This document shows, piece by piece, positions 27,001 to 39,500 of a DNA stretch of 64,000 nucleotides. Under the pieces are notes generated by a model. It did no database searches. It saw only the letters and a list, made by a program, of their open reading frames with translations, and had not been told where the DNA came from. Within the stretch, counting starts at the first letter, position 1. Every line of letters starts with the position of its first letter. A program made the translations under genes and the position numbers. Source of the DNA: Eledone cirrhosa (Eukaryota); the NCBI GenBank assembly GCA_964016885.1, contig OZ024743.1:142104001-142168000 (forward strand). Direction: 5' to 3'.

Positions 27001-30000
27001 TTGGTGATTGATGCTTGGTGCTTGGTGCTTGGTGTTTGGTGCTTGGTGCTTGGTGTTTGGTGCTTGGTGCTTGGTGTTTGGTGCTTGGTGTTTGGTGCTT
27101 GGTGTTTGGTGATTGGTGCTTGGTGCTTGGTGCTTGGTGCTTGGTGTTTGGTGTTTGGTGCTTGGTGCTTGGTGTTAGGTGTTTGGTGCTTGGTGCTTGG
27201 TGTTTGGTGTTTGGTGCTTGGTGTTTGGTGTTTGGTGCTTGGTGTTTGGTGCTTGGTACTTGGTGCTTGGTGCTTGGTGTTAGGTGTTTGGTGCTTGGTG
27301 CTTGGTGTCTGGTTTTTGGTGCTTGGTGCTTGGTGTTTGGTGTTTGGTGTTTGGTGTTTGGTGTTTCCTGTTTGGTCTTTAGTCTTTGGTGCTTGGTGTT
27401 CGGTGCTTGGTGCTTGGTATTTGGTGTTTGGTGTTTGGTGCTTGGTGCTTGGTGTTTGGTGCTTGGTGCTTGGTGTTTGGTGTTTGGTGCTTGGTGCTTG
27501 GTGTTTGTTGTTTGGTGTTTTCTGTTTGGTGTTTGGTGTTTGGTGTTTCGTGTCTGCTTTTTGGTGTTTGGTGTTTGCTGTATGTTGTTTGCTGTTTGCT
27601 GTTTGGTGTTTGGTGTTTGGTGTTTGGTGCTTGGTGCTTGGTGTTTGGTGCTTGGTGCTTGGTGTTTGGTGCCTGGTGCTTGGTGCTTGGTGCTTGGTGT
27701 TTGGTGTTTGGTGCTTGGTGCTTGGTGCTTGGTGTTTTGTGTTTGGTGTTTGGTTTTTGGTGCTTGGTCCTTGGTGTTTGGTGCTGGGTGCTTTGTGTCT
27801 GGTGCTTGGTGCTTGGTGTTTGGTGTTTGCTGCTTGGTGTTTGATGCTTGGTGCTTGGTGCTTGGTGTTTTGTGTTTGGTGCTTGGTGCTTGGTGTTTGG
27901 TGATTGGTGCTTGGTGTTTGGTGCCTGGTGCTTGGTGCTTGGTGCTTGGTCCTTGGTGTTTGGTGCTGGGTGCTTGGTGTTTGATGCTTGGTGCTTGGTG
28001 TTTGGTGTTTGGTGCTTGGTGTTTGGTGCTTGGTGCTGGTTGGTTGGTGTTTGGTGCTTGGTGTTTGGTGCTTGGTGCTTGGTGTTTGGTGCTTGGTGCT
28101 TGGTGTTTAGTGCTTGGTGCTTAGTGTTTGGTGCTAGGTGCTTGGGGTTTGGTGTTTGGTGCTTGGTGTTTGGTGCTTGGTGCTTGGTGTTTGGTGCTTG
28201 GTGTTTGGTGTTTGCTGTTTGCTGTTTGGTGTTTGTTGTTTGGTGTTTGTTGTTTGGTGTTTGCTGTTTGGTGTTTCGTGTTTGCTGTTTCGTGTCTGCT
28301 TTTTGGTGTTTGGTGTTTGCTGTATGTTGTTTGCTGTTTGGTGTTTGGTGTTTGGTGTTTGGTGCTTGGTGCTTGGTGTTTGGTGCTTGGTGCTTGGTGT
28401 TTGGTGCCTGGTGCTTGGTGCTTGGTGTTTGGTGTTTGGTGTTTGGTGCTTGGTGCTTGGTGCTTGGTGTTTTGTGTTTGGTGTTTGGTTTTTGGTGCTT
28501 GGTGTTTGGTTCTTGGTTCTTGGTGTTTGGTGTTTGGTATTTGGTGTTTGGTGCTTGTTGCTTGGTGTTTTGTGCTTGGTGCTTGGTGTTTGGTGCCTGG
28601 TGCTTGGTGCTTGGTGCTTGGTGTTTGGTGTTTGGTGCTTGGTGCTTGTTGTTTTGGGTTTGGTGTTTGGTGTTTGGTGCTTGGTGCTTGGTGCTTGGTC
28701 CTTGGTGTTTGGTGCTGGGTGCTTTGTGTTTGGTGCTTGGTGCTTGGTGTTTGGTGTTTGCTGCTTGGTGTTTGATGCTTGGTGCTTGGTGCTTGGTGTT
28801 TTGTGTTTGGTGCTTGGTGTTTGGTGCTTGGTGCTTGGTGTTTGTACTTGGTGCTTGGTGCTTGGTGCTTGGTGTTTGGTGTTTGGTGCTTGGTGTTTGG
28901 TGCTTGGTGCTTGGTGCTTGGTGTTAGGTGTTTAGTGCTTGGTGCTTGGTGTTTGGTGCTTGGTGTTTGCTGTTTGCTGTTTGGTGTTTGGTGTTTGGTG
29001 TTTGGTGTTTGCTGTTTGGTGTCTGCTTTTTGGTGTTTAGTGTTTGCTGTATGGTGTTTGCTGTTTCGTGTTTGGTGTTTGTTGTTTGGTGTTTGGTCTT
29101 TGGTGCTTGGTGCTTGGTGCTTGGTGCTTGGTGCTTGGTGTTTGGTGTTTGGTGTTTGGTGCTTGGTGTTTGGTGTTTGTTGTTTGGTGCTTGGTGTCTG
29201 GTGCTTGGTGTTTGGTGTTTGGTGCTTGGTGTTTGGTGTTCGGTGTTTGGTGCTTGGTGCTTGGTGTTTGGTGTTCGGTGTTTGGTGCTTGGTGCTTGGT
29301 GTTTGGTGTTTGGTGCTTGGTGTTTGGTGTTTGGTGCTTTTTGCTTGGTGCTTGGTGCTTGGTGTTTGGTGCTTGGTGCTTGGTGTTTGGTGCTGGGTGC
29401 TTGGTGCTTGGTGTTTGACTGTTTGGTGCTTGGTGCTTGGTGTTTGGTGTTTGGTGTTATATGCTTGGTGTTTGATGCTTGGTGCTTGGTGCTTGGTGTT
29501 TGGTGTTTGGTGTTTGATGCTTGGTGCTTGGTGCTTGGTGTTTGGTCTTTGGTGCTTGGTGTTTGTACTTGGTGCTTGGTGCTTGGTGCTTGGTGTTTGG
29601 TGCTTGGTGTTTGGTGCTTGGTGCTTGGTGCTTGGTGCTTGGTGTTTGGTGGTTGGTGTTTGGTGCTTGGTGTTAGGTGTTTGGTGCTTGGTGGTTGGTG
29701 TTTGGTGCTTGGTGTTTGGTGCTTGGTACTTGGTGCTTGGTGCTTGGTGTTAGGTGTTTGGTGCTTGGTGCTTGGTGCTTGGTGTTTGGTGCTTGGTGTT
29801 TGGTGCTTGGTGCTTGGTGCTTGGTGCTTAGTGCTTGGTGTTTGGTGGTTGGTGTTTGGTGCTTGGTGTTAGGTGTTTGGTGCTTGATGCTTGGTGTTTG
29901 GTGCTTTTTGCTTGGTGCTTGGTGCTTGGTGTTTGGTGCTTGATGCTTGGTGTTTGGTGCTGGGTGCTTGGTGCTTGGTGTTTGGTGTTTGGTGATTGGT

Positions 30001-30370
30001 GCTTGGTGTTTGGTGTTTGGTGTTATATGCTTGGTGTTTGATGCTTGGTGCTTGGTGCTTGGTGTTTGGTACTTGGTGATTGATGCTTGGTGCTTGGTGC
30101 TTGGTGTTTGGTGCTTGGTGCTTGGTGTTTGGTGCTTGGTGCTTGGTGTTTGGTGCTTGGTGTTTGGTGCTTGGTGTTTGGTGATTGGTGCTTGGTGCTT
30201 GGTGCTTGGTGCTTGGTGTTTGGTGGTTGGTGCTTGGTGCTTGGTGTTAGGTGTTTGGTGCTTGGTGCTTGGTGTTTGGTGTTTGGTGCTTGGTGTTTGG
30301 TGCTTGGTACTTGGTGCTTGGTGCTTGGTGTTAGGTGTTTGGTGCTTGGTGCTTGGTGTCTGGTTTTTGG
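20070..30370 (+). repeat. Higher-order repeat with about three copies, periods of ~3.27 kb and ~4.1 kb
   Basis: Offsets are 3268-3276 (20423/23691, 22577/25853) and then 4094-4157 (24034/28128, 23691/27848). The domain-specific markers TTGACTGT and TCGGTGT occur here. Confidence 0.88.
25588..27650 (+). repeat. 1022-bp (146-monomer) tandem duplication
   Basis: ORF pairs 25660/26682, 25853/26875, 25993/27015 and 26364/27386 are all offset by 1022. Confidence 0.92.
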
Positions 30371-30539
30371 TGATTGGTGCTTGGTGTTTGGTGTTTGGTG
30401 CTTGCTGCTGGCTGCTTGGTGTTTGGTGCTTGGTGATTGGTGCTTGGTGTTTGGTGCTTGGTGTTTGGTGTTTGGTGCTAGGTGCTTGGTGTTTGGTGCT
30501 TGGTGCTTGGTGTTTGTACTTGGTGCTTGGTGCTTGGTT

Positions 30540-33500
30540 CTTGGTGTTTGGTGCTTGGTGCTTGGTGTTTGGTGCTTGGTGCTTGGTGTTTGGTGCTTGG
30601 TGATTGGTGCTTGGTGTTTGGTGCTTGGTGCTTGGTGCTTGGTGTTTGGTGCTTGGTGTTTGGTGCTTGGTGTTTGGTGCTTGGTGTTAGGTCTTTGGTG
30701 CTTGGTGTTTGGTTTTATATGCTTGGTGTTTGATGCTTGGTGCTTGGTGCTTGGTGTTTGGTGCTTGGTGCTTGATGCTTGGTGCTTGGTTCTTGGTGTT
30801 TGGTGCTTGGTGCTTGGTGTTTGTACTTGGTGCTTGGTGCTTGGTTCTTGGTGTTTGGTGCTTGGTGCTTGGTGTTTGGTGCTTGGTGCTTGGTGTTTGG
30901 TGCTTAGTGTTTGGTGCTTGGTGCTTGGTGCTTGGTGCTTGGTGTTTGGTGCTTGGTGTTTGGTGCTTGGTGTTTGGTGCTTGGTGTTTGGTGTTTGGTG
31001 CTTGGTGCTTGGTGTTTGGTGTTTGGTGCTTGGTGTTTGGTGCTTGGTGTTTGGTGTTAGGTGTTTGGTGCTTGGTGTTTGGTGTTTGGTGCTTGGTGTT
31101 TGGTGCTTGGTGCTTGGTGTTTGGTGCTTGGTACTTGGTGCTTGGTGCTTGGTGTTAGGTGTTTGGTGCTTGGTGCTTGGTGTTTGGTTTTTGGTGCTTG
31201 GTGCTTGGTGTTTGGTGTTTGGTGCTTGCTGCTGGCTGCTTGGTGTTTGATGCTTGGTGATTGGTGCTTGGTGTTTGGTGCTTGGTGTTTGGTGTTTGGT
31301 GCTAGGTGCCTGGTGTTTGGTGCTTGGAACTTGGTGCTTGGTGTTTGGTGTTTGGTGTTTGGTGCTTGGTGCTTGGTGTTTGGTGCTTGGTGCTGGGTGG
31401 TTGGTGTTTGGTGCTTGGTGTTTGGTGTTTGGTGCTTGGTGCTTGGTGTTTGGTGCCTGGTGTTTAGTGTTTGGTGCTTGGTGCTTAGTGTTTGGTGCTA
31501 GGTGCTTGGTGTTTGGTGCTTGGTGCTTGGTGTTTGGTGCCTGGTGCTTGGTGTTTGGTGTTTGGTGTTTGGTGCTTGCTGCTTGGTGTTTGGTGTTTGC
31601 TGTTTGCTGTTTGGTGTTTGGTGTTTGGTGTTTGTTGTTTGGTGTTTGCTGTTTGGTGTTTGGTGTTTGCTTTTTGGTGTTTGGTGTTTGCTGTATGTTG
31701 TTTGCTATTTGGTGTTTGGTGTTTGGTGTTTGGTGCTTGTTGCTTGGTGTTTGGTGCTTGGTGCTTGGTGTTTGGTTCCTGGTGCTTGGTGCTTGGTGCT
31801 TGGTGTTTGGTGTTTGGTGCTTGGTGCTTGGAGTTTTGTGTTTGGTGCTTGGTGCTTGGTGTTTTGTGTTTCGTGTTTGGTTTTTGGTGCTTGGTGCTTG
31901 GTGCTTGGTCGTTGGTGTTTGGTGCTGGGTGCTTTGTCTTTGGTGCTTGGTGCTTGGTGCTTGGTGTTTGGTGTTTGCTGCTTGGTGTTTGGTGCTTGGT
32001 GCTTGGTGTTTGTACATGGTGCTTGGTGCTTGGTGTTTGGTTCTTGGTTCTTGGTGTTTGGTGTTTGGCGATTGGTGTTTGGTGCTTGGTGCTTGGTGTT
32101 TGGTGCCTGGTGCTTGGTGCTTGGTGCTTGGTGTTTGGTGTTTGGTGCTTGGTGCTTGGAGTTTGGTGTTTGGTGCTTGGTGCTTGGTGTTTTGTGTTTG
32201 GTGCTTGGTGTTTGATGCTTGGTGCTTGGTGCTTGGTGTTTTGTGTTTGGTGCTTGGTTCTTGGTGTTTGGTGCTTGGTGCTTGGTGCTTGGTGTTTGTA
32301 CTTGGTGCTTGGTGCTTGGTGTTTGGTTCTTGGTTCTTGGTGTTTGGTACTTGGTGCTTGGTGCTTGGTGCTTGATGTTTGGTGTTTGGTGGTTGGTGTT
32401 TGGTGCTTGGTGCTTGGTGCTTGGTGTTAGGTGTTTGGTGCTTGGTCCTTAGTGTTTGGTGCTTGGTGTTTGGTGTTTGCTGTCTGCTTTTTGGTGTTTA
32501 GTGTTTGCTGTATGGTGTTTGGTGTTTGCTGTTTGTTGTTTGTTCTTTGGTGGTTGGTGTTTGGTGCTTGGTGCTTGGTGTTTGGTGTTTGGTGCTTGGT
32601 GCTTGGTGTTTGGTGTTATATGCTTGGTGTTTGATGCTTGGTGCTTGGTGCTTGGTGTTTGGTGTTTGGTGTTTGTACTTGGTGCTTGGTGCTTGGTGCT
32701 GGGTGTTTGGTGCTTGGTGTTTGGTGCTTGGTGCTTGGTGCTTGGTGCTTGGTGCTTGGTGTTTGGTGGTTGGTGTTTGGTGCTTGGTGTTAGGTGTTTG
32801 GTGATTGGTGCTTGGTGTTTGGTGTTTGGTGCTTGGTGTTTGGTGTTTGGTGCTTGGTGTTTGGTGCTTGGTACTTGGTGCTTGGTGCTTGTTGTTAGGT
32901 GTTTGGTGCTTGGTGTTTGGTGCTTGGTGTTTGGTGCTTGGTGCTTGGTGCTTGGTGCTTGGTGTTTGGTGGTTGGTGTTTGGTGCTTGGTGTTAGGTGT
33001 TTGGTGCTTGGTGCTTGGTGTTTGGTGTTTGGTGCTTGGTGTTTGGTGTTTTGTGCTTGGTGTTTGGTGCTTTTTGCTTGGTGCTTGGTGCTTGGTGTTT
33101 GGTGCTTGGTGCTTGGTGTTTGGTGTTTGGTGCTGGGTGCTTGGTGTTTGGTGTTTGGTGTTATATGCTTGGTGTTTGATGATTGGTGCTTGGTGCTTGG
33201 TGTTTGGTGTTTGGTGCTTGGTGTTTGATGCTTGGTGCTTGGTGTTTGGTGCTTGGTGTTTGGTGCTTGGTGCTTGGTCCTTGGTGCTTGGTGCTTGGTG
33301 TTTGGTGGTTGGTGCTTGGTGCTTGGTGTTAGGTGTTTGGTGCTTGGTGCTTGGTGTTTGGTGTTTGGTGCTTGGTGTTTGGTGTTTGGTGCTTGGTGTT
33401 TGGTGCTTGGTACTTGGTGCTTGGTGCTTGGTGTTAGGTGTTTGGTGCTTGGTGTTTGGTGTCTGGTTTTTGGTGCTTGGTGCTTGGTGTTTGGTGCTTG

Positions 33501-36500
33501 CTGCTGGCTGCTTGGTGTTTGGTGCTTGGTGATTGGTGCCTGGTGTTTGGTGCTTGGTGTTTGGTGTTTGGTGCTAGGTGCTTGGTGTTTGGTGCTTGGT
33601 GCTTGGTGTTTGTACTTGGTGCTTGCTGCTTGGTTCTTGGTGTATGGTGCTTGGTGCTTGGTGTTTGGTGCTTGGTGCTTGGTGTTTGGTGCTTGGTGTT
33701 TGGTGCTTGGTGTTTAGTGCTTGGTGCTTGGTGCTTGGTGTTTGGTGCTTGGTGTTTGGTGCTTGGTGTTAGGTGTTTGGTGCTTGGTGCTTGGTGTTTG
33801 GTGCTTGGTGTTTGATGCTTGGTGCTTTGTGCTTGGTGTTTGGTGCTTGGTGCTTGGTGTTTGTACTTGGTGCTTGGTGCTTGGTTCTTGGTGTTTGGTG
33901 CTTGGTGCTTGGTGTTTGGTGTTTGGTGCTTGGTGTTTGGTGCTTGGTGTTTGGTGCTTGGTGCTTGGTGTTTGGTGCTTGGTGCTGGGTAGTTGGTGTT
34001 TAGTGCTTGGTGTTTGGTGCTGGGTGCTTGGTGTTTGGTGCTTGGTGTTTGGTGTTTGGTGCTTGGTGCTTGGTGTTTGGTGCTTGGTGTTTAGTGTTTG
34101 GTGCTTGGTGCTTAGTGTTTGGTGCTTGGTGTTTGGTGTTTGCTGTTTGCTGTTTGGTGTTTGGTGTTTGGTGTTTGTTGTTTGTTGTTTGCTGTTTGGT
34201 GTTTGGTGTTTGCTTTTTGGTGTTTGGTGTTTGCTGTATGTTGTTTGCTGTTTGGTGTTTGGTGTTTGGTGTTTGGTGCTTGTTGCTTGGTGTTTGGTGC
34301 TTGGTGCTTGGTGTTTGGTTCCTGGTGCTTGGTGCTTGGTGCTTGGTGTTTGGTGTTTGGTGCTTGGTGCTTGGAGTTTTGTGTTTGGTGCTTGGTGCTT
34401 GGTGTTTTGTGTTTCGTGTTTGGTTTTTGGTGCTTGGTGCTTGGTGCTTGGTCCTTGGTGTTTGGTGCTGGGTGCTTTGTGTTTGGTGCTTGGTGCTTGG
34501 TGCTTGGTGTTTGGTGTTTGGTGTTTGATGCTTGGTGCTTGGTGCTTGGTGTTTTGTTTTTGGTGCTTGGTGTTTGGTGCTTGGTGTTTGTACTTGGTGC
34601 TTGGTGCTTGGTGTTTGGTTCTTGGTTCTTGGTGTTTGGTGTTTGGCGATTGGTGTTTGGTGCTTGGTGCTTGGTGTTTGGTGCCTGGTGCTTGGTGCTT
34701 GGTGCTTGGTGTTTGGTGTTTGGTGCTTGGTGCTTGGAGTTTGGTGTTTGGTGCTTGGTGCTTGGTGTTTTGTGTTTGGTGCTTGGTGTTTGATGCTTGG
34801 TGCTTGGTGCTTGGTGTTTTGTGTTTGGTGCTTGGTTCTTGGTGTTTGGTGCTTGGTGCTTGGTGCTTGGTGTTTGTACTTGGTGCTTGGTGCTTGGTGT
34901 TTGGTTCTTGGTTCTTGGTGTTTGGTACTTGGTGCTTGGTGCTTGATGTTTGGTGTTTGGTGGTTGGTGTTTGGTGCTTGGTGCTTGGTGCTTGATGTTA
35001 GGTGTTTGGTGCTTGGTCCTTGGTGTTTGGTGCTTGGTGTTTGGTGTTTGCTGTCTGCTTTTTTGTGTTTAGTGTTTGCTGTATGGTGTTTGGTGTTTGC
35101 TGTTTGGTGTTTGGTCTTTGGTGCTTGGTGTTTGGTGCTTGGTGCTTGGTGTTTGGTGTTTGGTGCTTGGTGCTTGGTGTTTGGTGTTATATGCTTGGTG
35201 TTTGATGCTTGGTGCTTGGTGCTTGGTGTTTGGTGTTTGGTGTTTGTACTTGGTGCTTGGTGCTTGGTGCTTGGTGTTTGGTGCTTGGTGTTTGGTGCTT
35301 GGTGCTTGGTGCTTCGTGCTTGGTGCTTGGTGTTTGGTGGTTGGTGTTAGGTGTTTGGTGCTTGGTGCTTGGTGTTTGGTGTTTGGTGCTTGGTGTTTGG
35401 TGTTTGGTGCTTGGTGTTTGGTGCTTGGTACTTGGTGCTTGGTGCTTGGTGTTAGGTGTTTGGTGCTTGGTGTTTGGTGCTTGGTGTTTGGTGCTTCGTG
35501 CTTGGTGCTTGGTGCTTGGTTTTTTGTGGTTGGTGTTTGGTGCTTGGTGTTAGGTGTTTGGTGCTTGGTGCTTGGTGTTTGGTGTTTGGTGCTTGGTGTT
35601 TGGTGTTTGGTGCTTGGTGTTTGGTGCTTTTTGCTTGGTGCTTGGTGTTTGGTGTTTGGTGCTTGGTGTTTGGTGTTTGGAGCTTGGTGTTTGGTGCTTT
35701 TTGCTTGGTGCTTGGTGCTTGGTGTTTGGTGCTTGGTGCTTGGTGTTTGGTGCTGGGTGCTTGGTGTTTGGTGTTTGGTGAGATATGCTTGGTGTTTGAT
35801 GCTTGGTGCTTGGTACTTGGTGTTTGGTGTTTGGTGCTTGGTGTTTGATGCTTGGTGCTTGGTGCTTGGGGTTTGGTGCTTGGTGCTTGGTGTTTGGTGC
35901 TTGGTGCTTGGTGTTTGGTGCTAGGTGTTTGGTGCTTGGTGTTTGGTGCTTGGTGCTTGGTGCTTGGTGCTTGGTGTTTGGTGTTTGTACTTGGTGCTTG
36001 GTGCTTGGTGTTTGGTTCTTGGTTCTTGGTGTTTGGTGTTTGGCGATTGGTGTTTGGTGCTTGGTGCTTGGAGTTTGGTGTTTGGTGCTTGGTGCTTGGT
36101 GTTTTGTGTTTGGTGCTTGGTGTTTGATGCTTGGTGCTTGGTGCTTGGTGTTTTGTGTTTGGTGCTTGGTTCTTGGTGTTTGGTGCTTGGTGCTTGGTGT
36201 TTGGTGCTTGGTGCTTGGTGTTTGGTGCTTGGTGATTGGTGCTTGGTGTTTGGTGCTTGGTGCTTGGTGCTTGGTGTTTGGTGCTTGGTGTTTGGTGCTT
36301 GGTGTTAGGTCTTTGGTGCTTGGTGTTTGGTGTTATATGCTTGGTGTTTGATGCTTGGTGCTTGGTGCTTGGTGTTTGGTGCTTGGTGCTTGATGCTTGG
36401 TGCTTGGTTCTTGGTGTTTGGTGCTTGGTGCTTGGTGTTTGTACTTGGTGCTTGGTGCTTGGTTCTTGGTGTTTGGTGCTTGGTGCTTGGTGTTTGGTGC

Positions 36501-39500
36501 TTGGTGCTTGGTGTTTGGTGCTTAGTGTTTGGTGCTTGGTGCTTGGTGCTTGGTGCTTGGTGTTTGGTGCTTGGTGTTTGGTGCTTGGTGTTTGGTGCTT
36601 GGTGTTTGGTGCTTGGTGTTTGGTGTTTGGTGCTTGGTGCTTGGTGTTTGGTGTTTGGTGCTTGGTGTTTGGTGCTTGGTGTTTGGTGTTAGGTGTTTGG
36701 TGCTTGGTGTTTGGTGTTTGGTGCTTGGTGTTTGGTGCTTGGTGCTTGGTGTTTGGTGCTTGGTACTTGGTGCTTGGTGCTTGGTGTTAGGTGTTTGGTG
36801 CTTGGTGCTTGGTGTTTGGTTTTTGGTGCTTGGTGCTTGGTGTTTGGTGTTTGGTGCTTGCTGCTGGCTGCTTGGTGTTTGATGCTTGGTGATTGGTGCT
36901 TGGTGTTTGGTGCTTGGTGTTTGGTGTTTGGTGCTAGGTGCCTGGTGTTTGGTGCTTGGAACTTGGTGCTTGGTGTTTGGTGTTTGGTGTTTGGTGCTTG
37001 GTGCTTGGTGTTTGGTGCTTGGTGCTGGGTGGTTGGTGTTTGGTGCTTGGTGTTTGGTGTTTGCTGTATGTTGTTTGCTATTTGGTGTTTGGTGTTTGGT
37101 GTTTGGTGCTTGTTGCTTGGTGTTTGGTGCTTGGTGCTTGGTGTTTGGTTCCTGGTGCTTGGTGCTTGGTGCTTGGTGTTTGGTGTTTGGTGCTTGGTGC
37201 TTGGAGTTTTGTGTTTGGTGCTTGGTGCTTGGTGTTTTGTGTTTCGTGTTTGGTTTTTGGTGCTTGGTGCTTGGTGCTTGGTCGTTGGTGTTTGGTGCTG
37301 GGTGCTTTGTCTTTGGTGCTTGGTGCTTGGTGTTTGGTGTTTGCTGCTTGGTGTTTGATGCTTGGTGCTTGGTGCTTGGTGTTTTGTGTTTGGTGCTTGG
37401 TGTTTGGTGCTTGGTGCTTGGTGTTTGTACATGGTGCTTGGTGCTTGGTGTTTGGTTCTTGGTTCTTGGTGTTTGGTGTTTGGCGATTGGTGTTTGGTGC
37501 TTGGTGCTTGGTGTTTGGTGCCTGGTGCTTGGTGCTTGGTGCTTGGTGTTTGGTGTTTGGTGCTTGGTGCTTGGAGTTTGGTGTTTGGTGCTTGGTGCTT
37601 GGTGTTTTGTGTTTGGTGCTTGGTGTTTGATGCTTGGTGCTTGGTGCTTGGTGTTTTGTGTTTGGTACTTGGTTCTTGGTGTTTGGTGCTTGGTGCTTGG
37701 TGCTTGGTGTTTGTACTTGGTGCTTGGTGCTTGGTGTTTGGTTCTTGGTTCTTGGTGTTTGGTACTTGGTGCTTGGTGCTTGGTGCTTGATGTTTGGTGT
37801 TTGGTGGTTGGTGTTTGGTGCTTGGTGCTTGGTGCTTGGTGTTAGGTGTTTGGTGCTTGGTCCTTAGTGTTTGGTGCTTGGTGTTTGGTGTTTGCTGTCT
37901 GCTTTTTGGTGTTTAGTGTTTGCTGTATGTTGTTTGGTGTTTGCTGTTTGGTGTTTGTTCTTTGGTGGTTGGTGTTTGGTGCTTGGTGCTTGGTGTTTGG
38001 TGTTTGGTGCTTGGTGCTTGGTGTTTGGTGTTATATGCTTGGTGTTTGATGCTTGGTGCTTGGTGCTTGGTGTTTGGTGTTTGGTGTTTGTACTTGGTGC
38101 TTGGTGCTTGGTGCTGGGTGTTTGGTGCTTGGTGTTTGGTGCTTGGTGCTTGGTGCTTGGTGTTTGGTGTTTGGTGCTTGGTGCTTGGAGTTTTGTGTTT
38201 GGTGCTTGGTGCTTGGTGTTTTGTGTTTCGTGTTTGGTTTTTGGTGCTTGGTGGTTGGTGCTTGGTCCTTGGTGTTTGGTGCTGGGTGCTTTGTGTTTGG
38301 TGCTTGGTGCTTGGTGCTTGGTGTTTGGTGTTTGGTGTTTGATGCTTGGTGCTTGGTGCTTGGTGTTTTGTTTTTGGTGCTTGGTGTTTGGTGCTTGGTG
38401 TTTGTACTTGGTGCTTGGTGCTTGGTGTTTGGTTCTTGGTTCTTGGTGTTTGGTGTTTGGCGATTGGTGTTTGGTGCTTGGTGCTTGGTGTTTGGTGCCT
38501 GGTGCTTGGTGCTTGGTGCTTGGTGTTTGGTGTTTGGTGCTTGGTGCTTGGAGTTTGGTGTTTGGTGCTTGGTGCTTGGTGTTTTGTGTTTGGTGCTTGG
38601 TGTTTGATGCTTGGTGCTTGGTGCTTGGTGTTTTGTGTTTGGTGCTTGGTTCTTGGTGTTTGGTGCTTGGTGCTTGGTGCTTGGTGTTTGTACTTGGTGC
38701 TTGGTGCTTGGTGTTTGGTTCTTGGTTCTTGGTGTTTGGTACTTGGTGCTTGGTGCTTGATGTTTGGTGTTTGGTGGTTGGTGTTTGGTGCTTGGTGCTT
38801 GGTGCTTGATGTTAGTTGTTTGGTGCTTGGTCCTTGGTGTTTGGTGCTTGGTGTTTGGTGTTTGCTGTCTGCTTTTTTGTGTTTAGTGTTTGCTGTATGG
38901 TGTTTGGTGTTTGCTGTTTGGTGTTTGGTCTTTGGTGCTTGGTGTTTGGTGCTTGGTGCTTGGTGTTTGGTGTTTGGTGCTTGGTGCTTGGTGTTTGGTG
39001 TTATATGCTTGGTGTTTGATGCTTGGTGCTTGGTGCTTGGTGTTTGGTGTTTGGTGTTTGTACTTGGTGCTTGGTGCTTGGTGCTTGGTGTTTGGTGCTT
39101 GGTGTTTGGTGCTTGGTGCTTGGTGCTTCGTGCTTGGTGTTTGGTGTTTGGTGCTTGGTGTTTGGTGCTTGGTACTTGGTGCTTGGTGCTTGGTGTTAGG
39201 TGTTTGGTGCTTGGTGTTTGGTGCTTGGTGTTTGGTGCTTCGTGCTTGGTGCTTGGTGCTTGGTGTTTGGTGGTTGGTGTTTGGTGCTTGGTGTTAGGTG
39301 TTTGGTGCTTGGTGCTTGGTGTTTGGTGTTTGGTGCTTGGTGTTTGGTGTTTGGTGCTTGGTGTTTGGTGCTTTTTGCTTGGTGCTTGGTGTTTGGTGTT
39401 TGGTGCTTGGTGTTTGGTGTTTGGAGCTTGGTGTTTGGTGCTTTTTGCTTGGTGCTTGGTGCTTCGTGTTTGGTGCTTGGTGCTTGGTGTTTGGTGCTGG